From: Gammaproteobacteria bacterium
Lineage (GTDB): Bacteria > Pseudomonadota > Gammaproteobacteria > Ga0077536
NCBI GenBank assembly: GCA_963662545.2
Contig: CAXXLL010000002.1
Location: forward strand, 1,280,001 to 1,344,000
Reading direction: 5' to 3'
DNA: 64,000 nucleotides
A program made the position numbers and the translations under genes. The notes beneath the pieces were generated by a model. That model made no database searches, had not been told where the DNA came from, and saw only the letters and a list, made by a program, of their open reading frames with translations. This document shows, piece after piece, positions 40,072-51,166 of this stretch (the first letter of the stretch is position 1; the number at the start of each line of letters is the position of its first letter).

Positions 40072-41372
40072 TCGGCAAGGCCGAATCCTCTTACTCTGTT
40101 CGCATGAGCGTAGAGGGCAAGGTATTGCCGGAGCCGCCGGAATGGGCGTCGGCCATGGTACCCGGCCGTTGGTGCCGGATTTCCGGCGACACACCCGATC
40201 TGGGATTGACATCCACACCTGTCGGCACCCGCTTTCTTAGCGACAAGGATCCGGCTTGCGACCCCGCGCTCAATCCACCAACGAGCCCGAAGGAGCGCCT
40301 CCGCAGACTAATCGGCCGCAATTGGATCGCGCCCTGGCGAGGCCGAAGCGGATTCTCGTCCATCACAGAAGCCTGGAACGGCGCCGTCTACGCCTCACGC
40401 CGCGGACGATCGGGCGCGATGATTATTTTCGGTGGCGGCCACGACGACTATTTCGGTTCCGATGTACACGCCTTCGATCTCGCCAGCCGTGAATGGTGGC
40501 GCCTGACGACGGGCTTCGTCACGGGTCGGCCAGACCGGTACGGGGACGGGGCGGTCTATCCCGATGCAGTCTATCCCGACGGTTCGCCGCTGCCGCCCCA
40601 TACCTACGACTACCTCCAATACGACGAGGTCGGCAACGATTTCATCTTGTTGAAGGGCCAGACGGAGCTCGGTCCGAACGTTAAAGCCACGGCAATCCCG
40701 CACTTGCTAAATCTGGATACCCTCATCTGGCGGCATGGACCGAGACATCCGTCAGCAAACCTCAACGCCGGCGGGTTCACGACATGGGATGCAAAGCGCC
40801 GCGTATTGTGGGGTCACTCCGGCGACGATGGCGGTGGCAACGCGTTTCTAGCCTACAGCCCCGATGGCGCGAATGTGGACGGTACGGTGGGGTCATGGCG
40901 GGACTTCCATCCCAACAAAATGCCGGGCGAAGCCAACCATAACGCAATGCAGATTCACCAAGCTGCAGATTTGATCGTCGTCGCTGTGCATGCCCGAAAC
41001 GCCCTCGGCCTTATCGAACCCGGGAGTCCAGAGCAAGCTCTTGCTCCCCTCGCCTCAAGCGGAGAAAAACCGCGCCTCAGCGAATACGCTGCTCTGGAGT
41101 ACTCTGCGCGTACGCAAAGACTGGTCTACTACTCGGCGGCAGACAAGGAGGCGGTCTACGCCATCGAGTTGGACGACGATGCGCGCTGGAGACCGCTGAC
41201 AGTCGCCGGAAGCCTGGATCCGATCGCCGATGCCGCAAGCAGTTCCAGGTATCACGTCAATCGATCACACACCTTCAGCCGTTTCCGCCTCGCCAGTTTT
41301 GTTGATCATGACCTGGCGATATTGGTGCGCCACGTGGACACATCCGTCTATGCGATGCTGCTGCCTGACTAG
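40068..41372 (+). CDS. Hypothetical protein, kelch/beta-propeller-like
   Basis: 434-aa ORF with AWNGA…FGGGHDDY.G.DV.AFDL…W and DG.P…HTYD motifs. No signal peptide is evident. Confidence 0.6.
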   Translation: MVGKAESSYSVRMSVEGKVLPEPPEWASAMVPGRWCRISGDTPDLGLTSTPVGTRFLSDKDPACDPALNPPTSPKERLRRLIGRNWIAPWRGRSGFSSITEAWNGAVYASRRGRSGAMIIFGGGHDDYFGSDVHAFDLASREWWRLTTGFVTGRPDRYGDGAVYPDAVYPDGSPLPPHTYDYLQYDEVGNDFILLKGQTELGPNVKATAIPHLLNLDTLIWRHGPRHPSANLNAGGFTTWDAKRRVLWGHSGDDGGGNAFLAYSPDGANVDGTVGSWRDFHPNKMPGEANHNAMQIHQAADLIVVAVHARNALGLIEPGSPEQALAPLASSGEKPRLSEYAALEYSARTQRLVYYSAADKEAVYAIELDDDARWRPLTVAGSLDPIADAASSSRYHVNRSHTFSRFRLASFVDHDLAILVRHVDTSVYAMLLPD

Positions 41373-41557
41373 GGCGCCGACCGCTTCGAGTCGTCGGCCC
41401 GGACGCTTCGCATGGACCTTTATCCGCATCGATTCCATGTCCGCTTACGTATTGGTACTAATCGCGCGGGACCCAATCTGTGCCAAGGGGCCAACCGCGA
41501 GCCCAGGGATACGTGAGTGACCGTGCCTGTAAAAGAATATCCAGATTGAACTGAATC

Positions 41558-42121
41558 ATGTCAGCTGCAGAGCAACACGCACGGGATGAACATCGGTGGT
41601 CGAGCATGATGGTTGCAAGCAATCAAGGGGATCGGCAGGCGTATCACCAACTCCTGACCGAAGTGGCGGTCGTCATCGAATCCTATCTGCGCCTTCGATT
41701 CGGCGCGATCAATGTGTTGGAAGATTGCGTTCAGGAATGTCTTCTTGCATTACACAACGCGCGTAACACTTATGATCCAAAACGCGCGTTCCGCCCTTGG
41801 ATGTTCACAATAGTCAGGCACAAAACCATCGACATATTGCGCAAGACAAAACGACAGATACAGATTGACGGAATATTCGCCGGCGAGCAATCCGGCGTCA
41901 CCGATCCTGGCCATCTCATGAAGCTGATCGACGGTGTTCGCGTGCTAAATATGCTCTCTCCCGATCACCGTGAGGCAGTCGCGTTAACAAAATATGCCGG
42001 CTACACCGTGCCCGAGGCGGCTAATTGGCTCGGCATTTCAGAAAGCGCGGTAAAGGCGCGCCTGCACCGTGGCCTGTTGGCCATTCGCAAACATCTCGAA
42101 GCCGAGGAGCTGCCAATATGA
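41558..42121 (+). CDS. ECF RNA polymerase sigma factor
   Basis: EDCVQECLLALH…YDPKRAFRPWMFTIVRHK (region 2) and AANWLGISESAVKARLHRG (region 4). Confidence 0.93.
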   Translation: MSAAEQHARDEHRWSSMMVASNQGDRQAYHQLLTEVAVVIESYLRLRFGAINVLEDCVQECLLALHNARNTYDPKRAFRPWMFTIVRHKTIDILRKTKRQIQIDGIFAGEQSGVTDPGHLMKLIDGVRVLNMLSPDHREAVALTKYAGYTVPEAANWLGISESAVKARLHRGLLAIRKHLEAEELPI

Positions 42122-42762
42122 ACACGGGACGGCATCGGCTCATCGCTGAACTTTCGGCGGATCTCACGCCCATTCGCGACGCGGGAAAAACTCTGCGAAA
42201 GAGCTGCATCTGGTTGCTCGTCGCCTCCGCAACGGCCTTACTAATTATCTATGCGACCGGGCCTTTCCGGAGCGGGAGCCTCGCTCAACTCCACCAGAAT
42301 CCACAGTTTCTGGTGGAAACACTGCTTGGGATCGCGGCGATCGCGGCGCTGGGAATCACGGCCTTTCGAACCGGGATACCCGTTGCCATGCCCATCACTA
42401 AACGCGTGTCGATTTCAGTCGTCCTGCTCTGCCTTTGGGTCGCAATGGTCGCGTACGGGCTGGCCTCGCCGGCGCTTGAAGAATCGATGGCCGGCAAGCG
42501 CGAACACTGCTATCTCGAAGCACTTTTATACGGTTTACCGGGACTCATTGTCGGCTTGATGGCAATCAGGCGCCTATATCCTCTGTACGGCGCGTGGTCC
42601 GGCGCGCTCCTTGGCCTGTCTGCCGGTGCGATGCCGGCACTGATCATGCAGTTTGCGTGCATGTACGTACCGCTGCACATCATCACGCATCATTTGCTCC
42701 CGGGTATGGCCCTGGCCATCGTGGGGCTGATCGCGGGACACTTTCTTTTACGCCCCCGTTAG
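42118..42762 (+). CDS. NrsF/DUF1109-like membrane anti-sigma factor
   Basis: ATGA overlap with the sigma stop. LIAELSADL.P N-terminus, multiple TM helices, two Cys (HCYLE, FACMY) and the H.L motif. Confidence 0.8.
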   Translation: MNTGRHRLIAELSADLTPIRDAGKTLRKSCIWLLVASATALLIIYATGPFRSGSLAQLHQNPQFLVETLLGIAAIAALGITAFRTGIPVAMPITKRVSISVVLLCLWVAMVAYGLASPALEESMAGKREHCYLEALLYGLPGLIVGLMAIRRLYPLYGAWSGALLGLSAGAMPALIMQFACMYVPLHIITHHLLPGMALAIVGLIAGHFLLRPR

Positions 42763-42912
42763 GTTCGTTAGCCCAAACCTCGGGTATTCCGCCAACTCGC
42801 CCCCCGTCCGCATCGTTTTACCGCTTCGCTTCGTAGTGTCAATTGCACGGAGGACGCCTGGTTCGCTGGGACCGGCGCCCGTATTGCAATTGAACTACGG
42901 GAGGATCTGAAG

Positions 42913-43707
42913 ATGTCCATTAATAAAGGAGCTTTGGCGCTTGCGCTATGCATCGTCGCAATTGGTTTTCCGACTGCGCGTGCGGCAGAAATCAGCGTGA
43001 CCATAACCAATAACGCGCCGATCGGCGGGACTTACCTCACGCCCTTATGGGTAGGGTTTCATGACGGCAGTTTTGACACCTTCAACGCAGGTGCTGCAGC
43101 CAGCGCCGCGCTCGAGCCGCTGGCGGAGGACGGCAATGTCGGACCGCTGTCGTTGAGCTTCGCCGGGTCAGGTGTTGACGGCGTAGTAGGAGGCGGTCCG
43201 ATAGCGCCCGGAGCGTCTGCCACTACCGTACTGAACCTGAGTAATGACGGCAGCAACGACTACCTTTCGTTCGCGTCGATGCTGTTGCCGAGTTCTGATT
43301 TTTTTATCGGGAACGATGCGCCGAATGTGTATTCCATCGCCGGCATCCTGGACGGCACGTTCGGCAGTATCACCGTGACGGTACTCAGCGTGTACGACGC
43401 CGGTACCGAGGTCAACGATTTCGGCACTTCCGCGGGCAATGGACTATTCGGCATTCCCGGCGGACAAGGCGGACCGAATCAAGGGGCGAACGAAAACGGC
43501 GTGATCACGCTCGCCCAGGGCAGCGATTATCTCGCGTACCTGAACTTGGCTGGCGTTAACGTTGCACCCTTCGATTTCAGTGCCTACGCGAGCATCGCGA
43601 CCATCACGGTCTCCGCCGTACCCATTCCGGCAGCCTTGCCGCTGTTGATGTCGGGGATCGTCGGCCTGGGATTCCTGCGACATAGAAACAGCGGTCAAGG
43701 CGGCTGA
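42913..43707 (+). CDS. Spondin_N-domain protein with VPLPA/PEP-CTERM exosortase sorting signal
   Basis: Signal peptide; TPLWVGFHDG, LAEDG, SFASMLLPSSDFF, YDAGTEVN; C-terminal VPIPAALPLLMSGIVGLGFLRHR. Confidence 0.88.
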   Translation: MSINKGALALALCIVAIGFPTARAAEISVTITNNAPIGGTYLTPLWVGFHDGSFDTFNAGAAASAALEPLAEDGNVGPLSLSFAGSGVDGVVGGGPIAPGASATTVLNLSNDGSNDYLSFASMLLPSSDFFIGNDAPNVYSIAGILDGTFGSITVTVLSVYDAGTEVNDFGTSAGNGLFGIPGGQGGPNQGANENGVITLAQGSDYLAYLNLAGVNVAPFDFSAYASIATITVSAVPIPAALPLLMSGIVGLGFLRHRNSGQGG

Positions 43708-43723
43708 AAATCGTAGTGAGGCG

Positions 43724-43752
43724 TAGAAACCCGCCTCCTTGGCGGGTTTCTA
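43724..43752. terminator. Bidirectional intrinsic terminator
   Basis: tagaaacccgcc-tcctt-ggcgggtttcta between convergent genes. Confidence 0.75.
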
Positions 43753-43779
43753 TTTACCGTACTCCGGCACCCTGGACGA

Positions 43780-44799
43780 TCAATCGAATCTGCCGGCGAT
43801 CGTCATGAGCAAGTCATATTCGATCAAACAGGTATTACGACCGCACGCGGCAAACGCGGACGAACGGCGCACGCCGGACATATGTCCGAAAACCTGCATC
43901 ACGTTGAATAAGGCCCAGCGGAGAAGGCCAAAAATCTCCCACCAGCGGGCGACCGCCCGGTCGATAGGCCGTCCCCCGGCCTGCTCGTATGCACGGTAGA
44001 GATCTTCTCGCGTACCGAATCCGCCGGCGGGCTTGTCGATGTGACCAAAACGCCAGGATCGGGTGCACATCCAACCCAGATCCTCTACCGGATCACCCAA
44101 GTGTGCGCATTCCCAATCCAAGACGGCCTGAATACCTGCGTGGTTGACGATCATGTTGCCGTTGCGGAAGTCGCCGTGCAGAAAACAGGGCGCGCAAGAA
44201 TCGGGTCGATTGTGTTCTAGCCAGCGAAAGGCAAATTCGAGCGCCGGATGCGGCTCGCCATAATGATCGTAAAGCGCGATCTGCGCTTTTAGTGCATCGT
44301 GACTATGCGGCACGGATTCCAGGACCGACACCTCGGCCGCATCGATCGCATGCAGGCGCGCGAGAATTTCGCCGGCTTGGCCGACATAGCGTGTGCGTGC
44401 TTCGGCGAAAGCGGCGTCGCTCAGCAGTTTTTTTGGCAAGGTCTCACCCGCTACGTGAGCGACGATGTAACTGCGGCCTAAGCCATCGGTTGGTTCGAGC
44501 TGGAAAATAGGCTCGGGGACGGGCACGCCGTGCGCAAACGCCACTTCGATCACTTCGTATTGCTTTTCCGGCGCGATAAAGGGAGAGTTTTCCAAGGTAA
44601 CCGTTTCTTGACGAAATACGAGCCGACGCCGTCGTTGTGCGGTTTTGAGATCAAACAATAACGTGCGGTTGGAGCCCCCCAGCGTTGCGACCTCGACATT
44701 GTCGACCTCTGCGGCCGATCCAAACCGGCCTTTGACCGCGGTGCGCAAGCGCTCCACGATGGCGGTGAGTTCATCCTGCGCTGCGGACGCACCGCTCAC
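43780..44799 (-). CDS. APH-like phosphotransferase family protein
   Basis: VPVPEP, LHGDFRNGN, VLDWECAHLGDPVEDLGW. Confidence 0.9.
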   Translation of the reverse strand: MSGASAAQDELTAIVERLRTAVKGRFGSAAEVDNVEVATLGGSNRTLLFDLKTAQRRRRLVFRQETVTLENSPFIAPEKQYEVIEVAFAHGVPVPEPIFQLEPTDGLGRSYIVAHVAGETLPKKLLSDAAFAEARTRYVGQAGEILARLHAIDAAEVSVLESVPHSHDALKAQIALYDHYGEPHPALEFAFRWLEHNRPDSCAPCFLHGDFRNGNMIVNHAGIQAVLDWECAHLGDPVEDLGWMCTRSWRFGHIDKPAGGFGTREDLYRAYEQAGGRPIDRAVARWWEIFGLLRWALFNVMQVFGHMSGVRRSSAFAACGRNTCLIEYDLLMTIAGRFD

Positions 44800-44826
44800 T
44801 TGAATCTCCGTCTTACCGTTAAATCG

Positions 44827-45828
44827 CTATAAGGGGAACGCGACGGGTTGACCGTCTTCGATGCGTTCTACGTATTCCGTCATGCCGTACCCGCGTTGTC
44901 CATCCCACTCAAATTCCGTAAATGCTTCGGCGATGCGGGAAGTTACCATTTCGTCATCGATGCGGCGGCGATTGCGCAGCGGTGCAAGGTTCAACACCGA
45001 GCCATGAATTACCGCAGACCACGTCGCCGAGCGCGCCGTCAATAGGACGGCAACCGGATCTTTATCGTCGTTCCACTCGGTCAACACGTCGAGATCGGTA
45101 ATCGTCTCGTAAGCGCCGTCGCGGAATAACACACCGGCGCGCCGGATCAAGCCGTTCTGGTTGGCGATCTTCAAGAGCGTAATGCCGCGATCGGCACCAA
45201 AGCTTGCATAGAAGCCGCGGTCGAACACGATGTTTTGCCATAAACGTGGCCCCCAGGAGTGATCGCGCCATCCAAACCCTCCAAAATCGAATGTTTCATC
45301 GCCGATGGAAATATGTCCTTCAACGACCGTATGCTGGTTGAAATGGCCGAGAGAAAAATCACGGCCGAACATCGTCTCCTGCGCGGCGCTCACGGGCACG
45401 CCGCCATGCACCGGAGAACACCCGCGATGCCGCCATTCGATTTCGCAAGACGCACGCGGAGCGTGTTCGAACAGGCGTTTCGGATCACGCAACAGTGTGT
45501 TATCCGGTAGCACCATAACCTCGCCGCGATAAGTCATGTTGACCCGCTCGAACGGGGACTCAATCGTGTAACGTAGTCCGCCCGCGTCGAAGACGTCGTT
45601 ACTGTCGATTTCGGGACGTTGAAACTGGCAGGCAATGCGGCCGTCCGGAAGGTAAATGCATACAGCAAGTTCCGCATAGCGTTCGTTGACGCGGTTGCCA
45701 AGGCGCATCCAACCGCCGAATCGGCGATCGTGATCGAACGCATTCGTGTACACGCTTTCGTTGAAATTTGGTTTCTTTCCAGACGAATGGGTCCACTCAT
45801 CTGCAGCCTTTAACACATAATCGGTCAT
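44827..45828 (-). CDS. Conserved hypothetical protein (hydroxyneurosporene synthase/tocopherol cyclase-like fold possible)
   Basis: FNESVY, GGWMRLGNR, GWRDHSWGPR, GYGMTEY motifs. This type often lies next to APH-family genes. Confidence 0.6.
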   Translation of the reverse strand: MTDYVLKAADEWTHSSGKKPNFNESVYTNAFDHDRRFGGWMRLGNRVNERYAELAVCIYLPDGRIACQFQRPEIDSNDVFDAGGLRYTIESPFERVNMTYRGEVMVLPDNTLLRDPKRLFEHAPRASCEIEWRHRGCSPVHGGVPVSAAQETMFGRDFSLGHFNQHTVVEGHISIGDETFDFGGFGWRDHSWGPRLWQNIVFDRGFYASFGADRGITLLKIANQNGLIRRAGVLFRDGAYETITDLDVLTEWNDDKDPVAVLLTARSATWSAVIHGSVLNLAPLRNRRRIDDEMVTSRIAEAFTEFEWDGQRGYGMTEYVERIEDGQPVAFPL

Positions 45829-46090
45829 CGATTTACGCCCCCAGCGCCATGATCAAGTCTCCGCGCAGCGAACCTTCGCGCAGGCAGGGTCCAGGAAAGA
45901 TAAAAGGTCCCAGTAGTTGACGCGATAGGCGTTAGCGCCCCCGCGTAGACTGCTAGTTCAGTATAATGCCTGCGATTTCACGTGGCTCCCGGTTCGGTCA
46001 GAATGCCGTTCAAAAAACACGATTTTTGCTTACGCCGATGAAATTGGGCAAGCGGCTCTGTAGTACACTCAGCCCGACAGACGTTTCAAT

Positions 46091-46200
46091 GGTGGACGTG
46101 TCGGTCCCCTCGCGGCACAACGCCGTAAACCCCGTCAGGCCTGGAAGGGAGCAGCGGTAGCGGTTGTTGTGGGCGCCGGGGTGTGGCTGGCACGGCCGCC
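46091..46200 (+). ncRNA. ffs: Signal recognition particle 4.5S RNA
   Basis: Long hairpin with the conserved domain IV tcaggcctggaagggagcagc, immediately upstream of dnaX. Confidence 0.92.
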
Positions 46201-46306
46201 GCCTTCATCGCGCCAATGCAGTTCAGCCGCGACGTAGTCAACGATGGCAGGGCGGCATTATTCGGTAAGCTCAATTGCACGAATTCACCATGAAGGGCCG
46301 CAGCTT

Positions 46307-47926
46307 ATGAGTTATCAGGTACTCGCACGTAAGTGGAGACCGCGAAAATTTTCCGAAGTCATCGGGCAGGCGCATGTTCTTAAAGCGTTGATCAATGCGC
46401 TGGACGGTGATCGCCTGCATCACGCCTATCTGTTCGCCGGGACGCGCGGCGTCGGCAAGACGACCCTGGCGCGTGTCTTCGCCAAGGCACTGAATTGCGA
46501 GCGCGGGATATCGAGTGAACCCTGCGGCGAGTGCGCCTCGTGCGTTGAAATAGACGAAGGGCGCTTCGTCGATCTGATTGAAGTCGACGCGGCCTCGCGG
46601 ACCAAGGTCGACGAGACCCGCGAGTTACTGGATAACGTCCAGTACGCCCCGACGCGTGCCCGTTTCAAGATCTACCTCATCGACGAAGTCCAAATGTTTT
46701 CCAATCATTCCTTCAATGCGCTGCTGAAAACATTGGAGGAGCCGCCGCCGCATGTGAAGTTTCTGCTCGCAACCACCGATCCCAAGCGCCTGCCGGTCAC
46801 TGTTCTTTCGCGTTGCCTGCAATTCAACCTGACGCGCCTGAGTATCTCTCAGCTCACTGCGCATCTAGGCGCGATACTGGACGCCGAGGGCGTTTCCTAC
46901 GACGCCGAAGCGCTACAGTTGATATCCCAGTCAGCCGCCGGGAGTGTACGCGATGCGCTCAGTCTATTGGACCAGGCGATCGCGCATGGTGGCGGTCGGG
47001 TCGAATCGTCCGAAGTGGCGGCGATGCTGGGGGCCGTCGATCGTGATCGCGTTTTCAAACTGCTCGACGCAGTGATTGCAGGCGACGGGCATGCCCTTGT
47101 CTCAATCGCCCGCGATCTCAGCGAATACGTGCCGGATTACGCTCAGGTGCTGGCTGAATTGTTGTCATTGCTACGGCGTATAGCGGTCGTTCATGCCCTC
47201 GAAAACCGGGCACATGATCTCGAACCGGACAGCCAGGTGATCGATCTGGCGCGACGATTGTCGCCCGATACATGCCAGCTTTTCTACCAGATCGCGTTGA
47301 CCGGACGTCACGATCTTACGATGACTCCGGACCCGGAAGCCGGGTTCGAAATGATTCTGATCCGTATGCTCGCATTCCGGCCCGCGATCGCGGCTCAGAG
47401 CGACCGTGAAGACACGGTGATGGTGGATCCGGCGGCGCCATCAACCGCAACGGACACTGCTGCCTCGACATCGGCCTCGTCAGCGCCGGCAACACCTTCC
47501 GATACTACCGCCTCGACTCCGGCCCCGCCTGCGCACGAAGCAGTTTTGTCCGGTGATTTGGATTGGGATCAGCTCGTCACGGACCTCGAGGTGGTCGGGC
47601 TGGTGCGCGAACTCGCGCGCAACAGCGCGCTCGCCTCCTTCGAGAACGGAGTCGTCGAACTCGTCATCGCGCCGCAATTCGAAAAACTTGCCGCTCGCCG
47701 CCACCTCGAATCGCTCCAAGCGGCGCTCGGCAAACAGCTCGGGCGCAATATCGTCGTCAGGCTAAATGTGGCGCGCGACGATTCGCTTACCACGCCGTCG
47801 CAGCTCGCACTGGCAGCCAATGAAGAACGTCAGAGAAAGGCCGAAGCCGAGATGGAAAGCGATCCCAACGTAAAAGCGATGCGTGATGCCTTCGATGCGA
47901 CGATCGAGGATGTATCGGCGCGTTGA
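46307..47926 (+). CDS. dnaX: DNA polymerase III subunit gamma/tau
   Basis: MSYQVLARKWRP, GTRGVGKTT, Zn-finger CGECASC, IDEV, SRC. Confidence 0.97.
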   Translation: MSYQVLARKWRPRKFSEVIGQAHVLKALINALDGDRLHHAYLFAGTRGVGKTTLARVFAKALNCERGISSEPCGECASCVEIDEGRFVDLIEVDAASRTKVDETRELLDNVQYAPTRARFKIYLIDEVQMFSNHSFNALLKTLEEPPPHVKFLLATTDPKRLPVTVLSRCLQFNLTRLSISQLTAHLGAILDAEGVSYDAEALQLISQSAAGSVRDALSLLDQAIAHGGGRVESSEVAAMLGAVDRDRVFKLLDAVIAGDGHALVSIARDLSEYVPDYAQVLAELLSLLRRIAVVHALENRAHDLEPDSQVIDLARRLSPDTCQLFYQIALTGRHDLTMTPDPEAGFEMILIRMLAFRPAIAAQSDREDTVMVDPAAPSTATDTAASTSASSAPATPSDTTASTPAPPAHEAVLSGDLDWDQLVTDLEVVGLVRELARNSALASFENGVVELVIAPQFEKLAARRHLESLQAALGKQLGRNIVVRLNVARDDSLTTPSQLALAANEERQRKAEAEMESDPNVKAMRDAFDATIEDVSAR

Positions 47927-48007
47927 ATCATTTCCAGGGTTGTACCTGGTTCGTTACCCATCGCGAACGTCACACAAATATTCATTACCGCAGGAGAAAA
48001 CATTGAG

Positions 48008-48331
48008 ATGAAAGGCGCACTCGGTAACCTGATGAAGCAGGCGCAGAAAATGCAGGAACAAGTGCAGCGCGTACAGGAGGAGATCGCGAACGCCGAGGTC
48101 GTCGGCGAATCCGGCGGCGGGCTTGTTCGCGTGATCATGAACGGGCGCCACGACATAAAATCGGTGACCATCGATCCCGACTTGATGAACGACGAGAAGA
48201 CGATGCTAGAAGATCTGATGGCGGCCGCGGTCAATGATGCCAACCGGCGCGTCGAGGCCTTGAGCAAAGAAAAACTCGCGGGCGTCACGGCTGGTATCGA
48301 ACTGCCTGCCGGAGTTAAGTTGCCGTTTTGA
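48008..48331 (+). CDS. ybaB: YbaB/EbfC nucleoid-associated protein
   Basis: [10 protein letters not shown]…GESGGGLV…LEDL.AAAVNDA, located between dnaX and recR. Confidence 0.95.
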   Translation: MKGALGNLMKQAQKMQEQVQRVQEEIANAEVVGESGGGLVRVIMNGRHDIKSVTIDPDLMNDEKTMLEDLMAAAVNDANRRVEALSKEKLAGVTAGIELPAGVKLPF

Positions 48332-48924
48332 ATCCTTCGCCGCTACTTGTCGAACTCGTGTCTGCGCTTCAATACCTGCCCGGGGTAGGGCCCAAATCTG
48401 CCCAGCGCATCGCTTTCTATTTACTCGATCAACACCGCGACAAGGCGCGCCGGCTCGCCGACATGCTACGGCGCGCCGCGGATGAGATCGGCCGGTGCTC
48501 GAGCTGCCGAACTTTTTGCGAAACCGAAACTTGTAAATTGTGCACCAGTCCGAACCGCGAATCAGGCCTTTTGTGCGTCGTCGAGAATCCGCTCGATGTC
48601 GTGTCGATCGAGCAGGCCGCGGACTATCGCGGCCGCTATTTTGTTCTCATGGGACGACTGTCACCCATCGACGGGGTGACGCCCGATGCGCTGGGGATCC
48701 CCTTGCTCGAGAAGCGGCTCGGCGAGGGCGGTATCGATGAGATGATCGTGGCTACCGGGACCACGATGGAAGGAGAGGCCACGGCCCATTATTTAAAGGA
48801 CGTTGCCCGACGCACTTCGGTGCGTGCCACGCGCATCGCGTACGGCGTGCCGGTGGGCGGGGAACTCGAGTTTGTCGACAGCACCACGCTGTCGCTCGCG
48901 CTGACCAGCCGCCGCGAGTATTAA
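48328..48924 (+). CDS. recR: Recombination mediator RecR
   Basis: [12 protein letters not shown]4 zinc finger, [17 protein letters not shown]. Confidence 0.97.
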   Translation: MNPSPLLVELVSALQYLPGVGPKSAQRIAFYLLDQHRDKARRLADMLRRAADEIGRCSSCRTFCETETCKLCTSPNRESGLLCVVENPLDVVSIEQAADYRGRYFVLMGRLSPIDGVTPDALGIPLLEKRLGEGGIDEMIVATGTTMEGEATAHYLKDVARRTSVRATRIAYGVPVGGELEFVDSTTLSLALTSRREY

Positions 48925-48955
48925 AGCCCGGTCTCGTTATCGACAGGAGCCTTCA

Positions 48956-49510
48956 ATGCAGTATTCGGAGCAAAATCTGATCTGGATTGATCTGGAGATG
49001 ACGGGCCTCGAACCCGACCACGATCAGATCATCGAAATTGCGACGATTGTGACCGACGCGCATTTGACGGAGCAGGTCGATGGTCCCGTGGTCGCAATTC
49101 ACCACCATGAAGACGTGATCGATGCCATGGACGATTGGAACACGAAACATCACGGGCAATCGGGTTTGATCGATCGCATTCGGCAGAGCGCGTATACGAC
49201 GGCGCAGGCAGAGCAAGAGACGGTTGAATTTCTGCGGCGCTACGTGCCGCCACAGATCTCGCCGATGTGTGGAAACAGCATCTGCCAGGATCGGCGATTC
49301 CTCTATAAGTACATGCCTGAACTGGCGGAGTATTTCCTGTACCGGAATCTGGACGTCAGCACGCTGAAGGAACTCGCCAATCGTTGGGCTCCGGCCCTGC
49401 CGGTATTCGAAAAGCGCTCGATGCACATTGCACTCGAGGATATTCGAGATTCGATCGACGAACTCAAGCACTATCGCGCGTGCTTTCTCAAGGTTTCGCC
49501 GCCTGCGTGA
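48956..49510 (+). CDS. orn: Oligoribonuclease
   Basis: [44 protein letters not shown]. Confidence 0.97.
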   Translation: MQYSEQNLIWIDLEMTGLEPDHDQIIEIATIVTDAHLTEQVDGPVVAIHHHEDVIDAMDDWNTKHHGQSGLIDRIRQSAYTTAQAEQETVEFLRRYVPPQISPMCGNSICQDRRFLYKYMPELAEYFLYRNLDVSTLKELANRWAPALPVFEKRSMHIALEDIRDSIDELKHYRACFLKVSPPA

Positions 49511-50988
49511 CCCCTGATTTGCCGTACGATCTCTACGATGCCGCGTCCACGCGCGAGCTCGATCGGGTTGCCATTGAGCAGCTCGGTATCCCCGGATTGA
49601 CGCTCATGCAGCGCGCGGGGCAGGCGGCCTACGAAGCGCTGTGTGAGCGCTGGCCCGAAGCGCAACGGGTTAGCGTACTCTGCGGGACCGGTAACAACGG
49701 GGGTGACGGGTTTGTCATCGCCGAACTTGCCGCGGCCGACGATCTAGATGTCGAGGTCATTATTCTCGGCGACAGGAACCGGATCTCCGGCGATGCCGCC
49801 ACCTGTTTCAAGGCGCTCGCGGATTCAGCCGTAGCCGTGTTCGATTGGGAGCGCGATTTCAGCAACGCCGACGTCGTCGTCGATGCCTTGTTCGGGACCG
49901 GTCTGGATCGTGATCTCAAAGGCGATTACTTCCAAGCAGTCGAACGCATGAATGCCGGCGGCCATTCGGTCTTGAGTGTCGACATTCCCTCGGGCATCAA
50001 CGCGACCAGCGGGCGGCGGATGGCAACGGCGGTCGCTGCCGATCTAACGGTAACGTTCATCAGCGTGAACCAGGGCCTGTTGACCGGCGACGCCCCGGCA
50101 TTCGCGGGTGATATCGTCTACCGGGATCTCGAGGTTCCGGCTGCCGCTTATCGGTCGGTCTCGGCCACAGCTCAACGCGTGGACTACGCGAACGTGCGCC
50201 GTCATTTTCGCGCGCGCCCCAGAACTGCGCACAAAGGCCATTACGGTCACGTGCTGGTGATCGGCGGTGCGCCGGGATTCGGAGGTGCCGCCGCAATGGC
50301 GGCGGAGGCTGCGGCCCGGTGCGGTGCGGGCCTCGTATCCGCAGCGGTTCACCCGATCAATGCCGGTGGCGCGACGGCGGTCGGGCGGGTAATCATGTGT
50401 CACGCGGTTGCTGACACGGCTGACCTGCGGCCATTGCTTGAGCGGACGAACGTGATTGCGATCGGTCCTGGCCTCGGTCAATCCGCGTGGTCGCAAGCGC
50501 TCCTCGCCAGCGTGCGCGAATGTAGATCGCCGGTGGTGATGGATGCCGACGCCCTGAACCTCCTGGCGATTGATCCTGACGCGTGCGAAAGCCGGGTCAT
50601 CACCCCGCATCCTGGCGAGGCGGCGCGCCTGCTGGGGACGGACACCGCCGGGATTCAGCACTCGCGCTTCGCGGCGGCCCGCGAACTCAACACTCGCTTC
50701 GGCGGTGTGGTCGTGCTCAAGGGTGCGGGAACGATCGTGCAGGCGGCACGTTCGGTACCCCGGGTCGTCAACGGCGGCAATCCCGGCATGGCAAGCGGCG
50801 GCATGGGGGACGTCCTCACGGGGATCATCGCGGGACTTATTGCGCAGGGGTTCCCGCTGTCGGAGGCCGCAACGGTAGGTGCCGTCGTGCATGCTTATGC
50901 GGCCGACCAAGCCGCACAGCAAGGGGGGGAACGGGGCATGCTCGCGACCGATCTAATGCCGTTCATCCGCGCCGCGGTCAATCCTTGA
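49507..50988 (+). CDS. nnr: Bifunctional NAD(P)HX epimerase/dehydratase
   Basis: [53 protein letters not shown] start overlaps the orn stop. Confidence 0.95.
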   Translation: MTPDLPYDLYDAASTRELDRVAIEQLGIPGLTLMQRAGQAAYEALCERWPEAQRVSVLCGTGNNGGDGFVIAELAAADDLDVEVIILGDRNRISGDAATCFKALADSAVAVFDWERDFSNADVVVDALFGTGLDRDLKGDYFQAVERMNAGGHSVLSVDIPSGINATSGRRMATAVAADLTVTFISVNQGLLTGDAPAFAGDIVYRDLEVPAAAYRSVSATAQRVDYANVRRHFRARPRTAHKGHYGHVLVIGGAPGFGGAAAMAAEAAARCGAGLVSAAVHPINAGGATAVGRVIMCHAVADTADLRPLLERTNVIAIGPGLGQSAWSQALLASVRECRSPVVMDADALNLLAIDPDACESRVITPHPGEAARLLGTDTAGIQHSRFAAARELNTRFGGVVVLKGAGTIVQAARSVPRVVNGGNPGMASGGMGDVLTGIIAGLIAQGFPLSEAATVGAVVHAYAADQAAQQGGERGMLATDLMPFIRAAVNP

Positions 50989-50993
50989 TTTAG

Positions 50994-51155
50994 GGAACCT
51001 CTGAATAAGTTAAGGTGCGGGTGAATGGCGCATGAAATCGTGCAGATCAAGGCACGAATCGCAGGCCATAGCGGGGACTATTGGCAAGATGCGTAACGTA
51101 AGGCTCCGCGATTTCAGGCGCAAGACAGCTGTGCCATAACTTACTCAGAGGTTCC
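50994..51155. mobile_element. MITE with IS5-like terminal inverted repeats
   Basis: ggaacctctgaataagtta … taacttactcagaggttcc, flanked by TTAG/TCAG. No transposase ORF. Confidence 0.75.
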
Positions 51156-51166
51156 TCAGCCCGTAG

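Noticed and set aside
47380-47560. Programmed -1 frameshift site generating the DnaX gamma subunit
   Set aside because: No A-AAA-AAG slippery heptamer or long A-run was seen in the linker.
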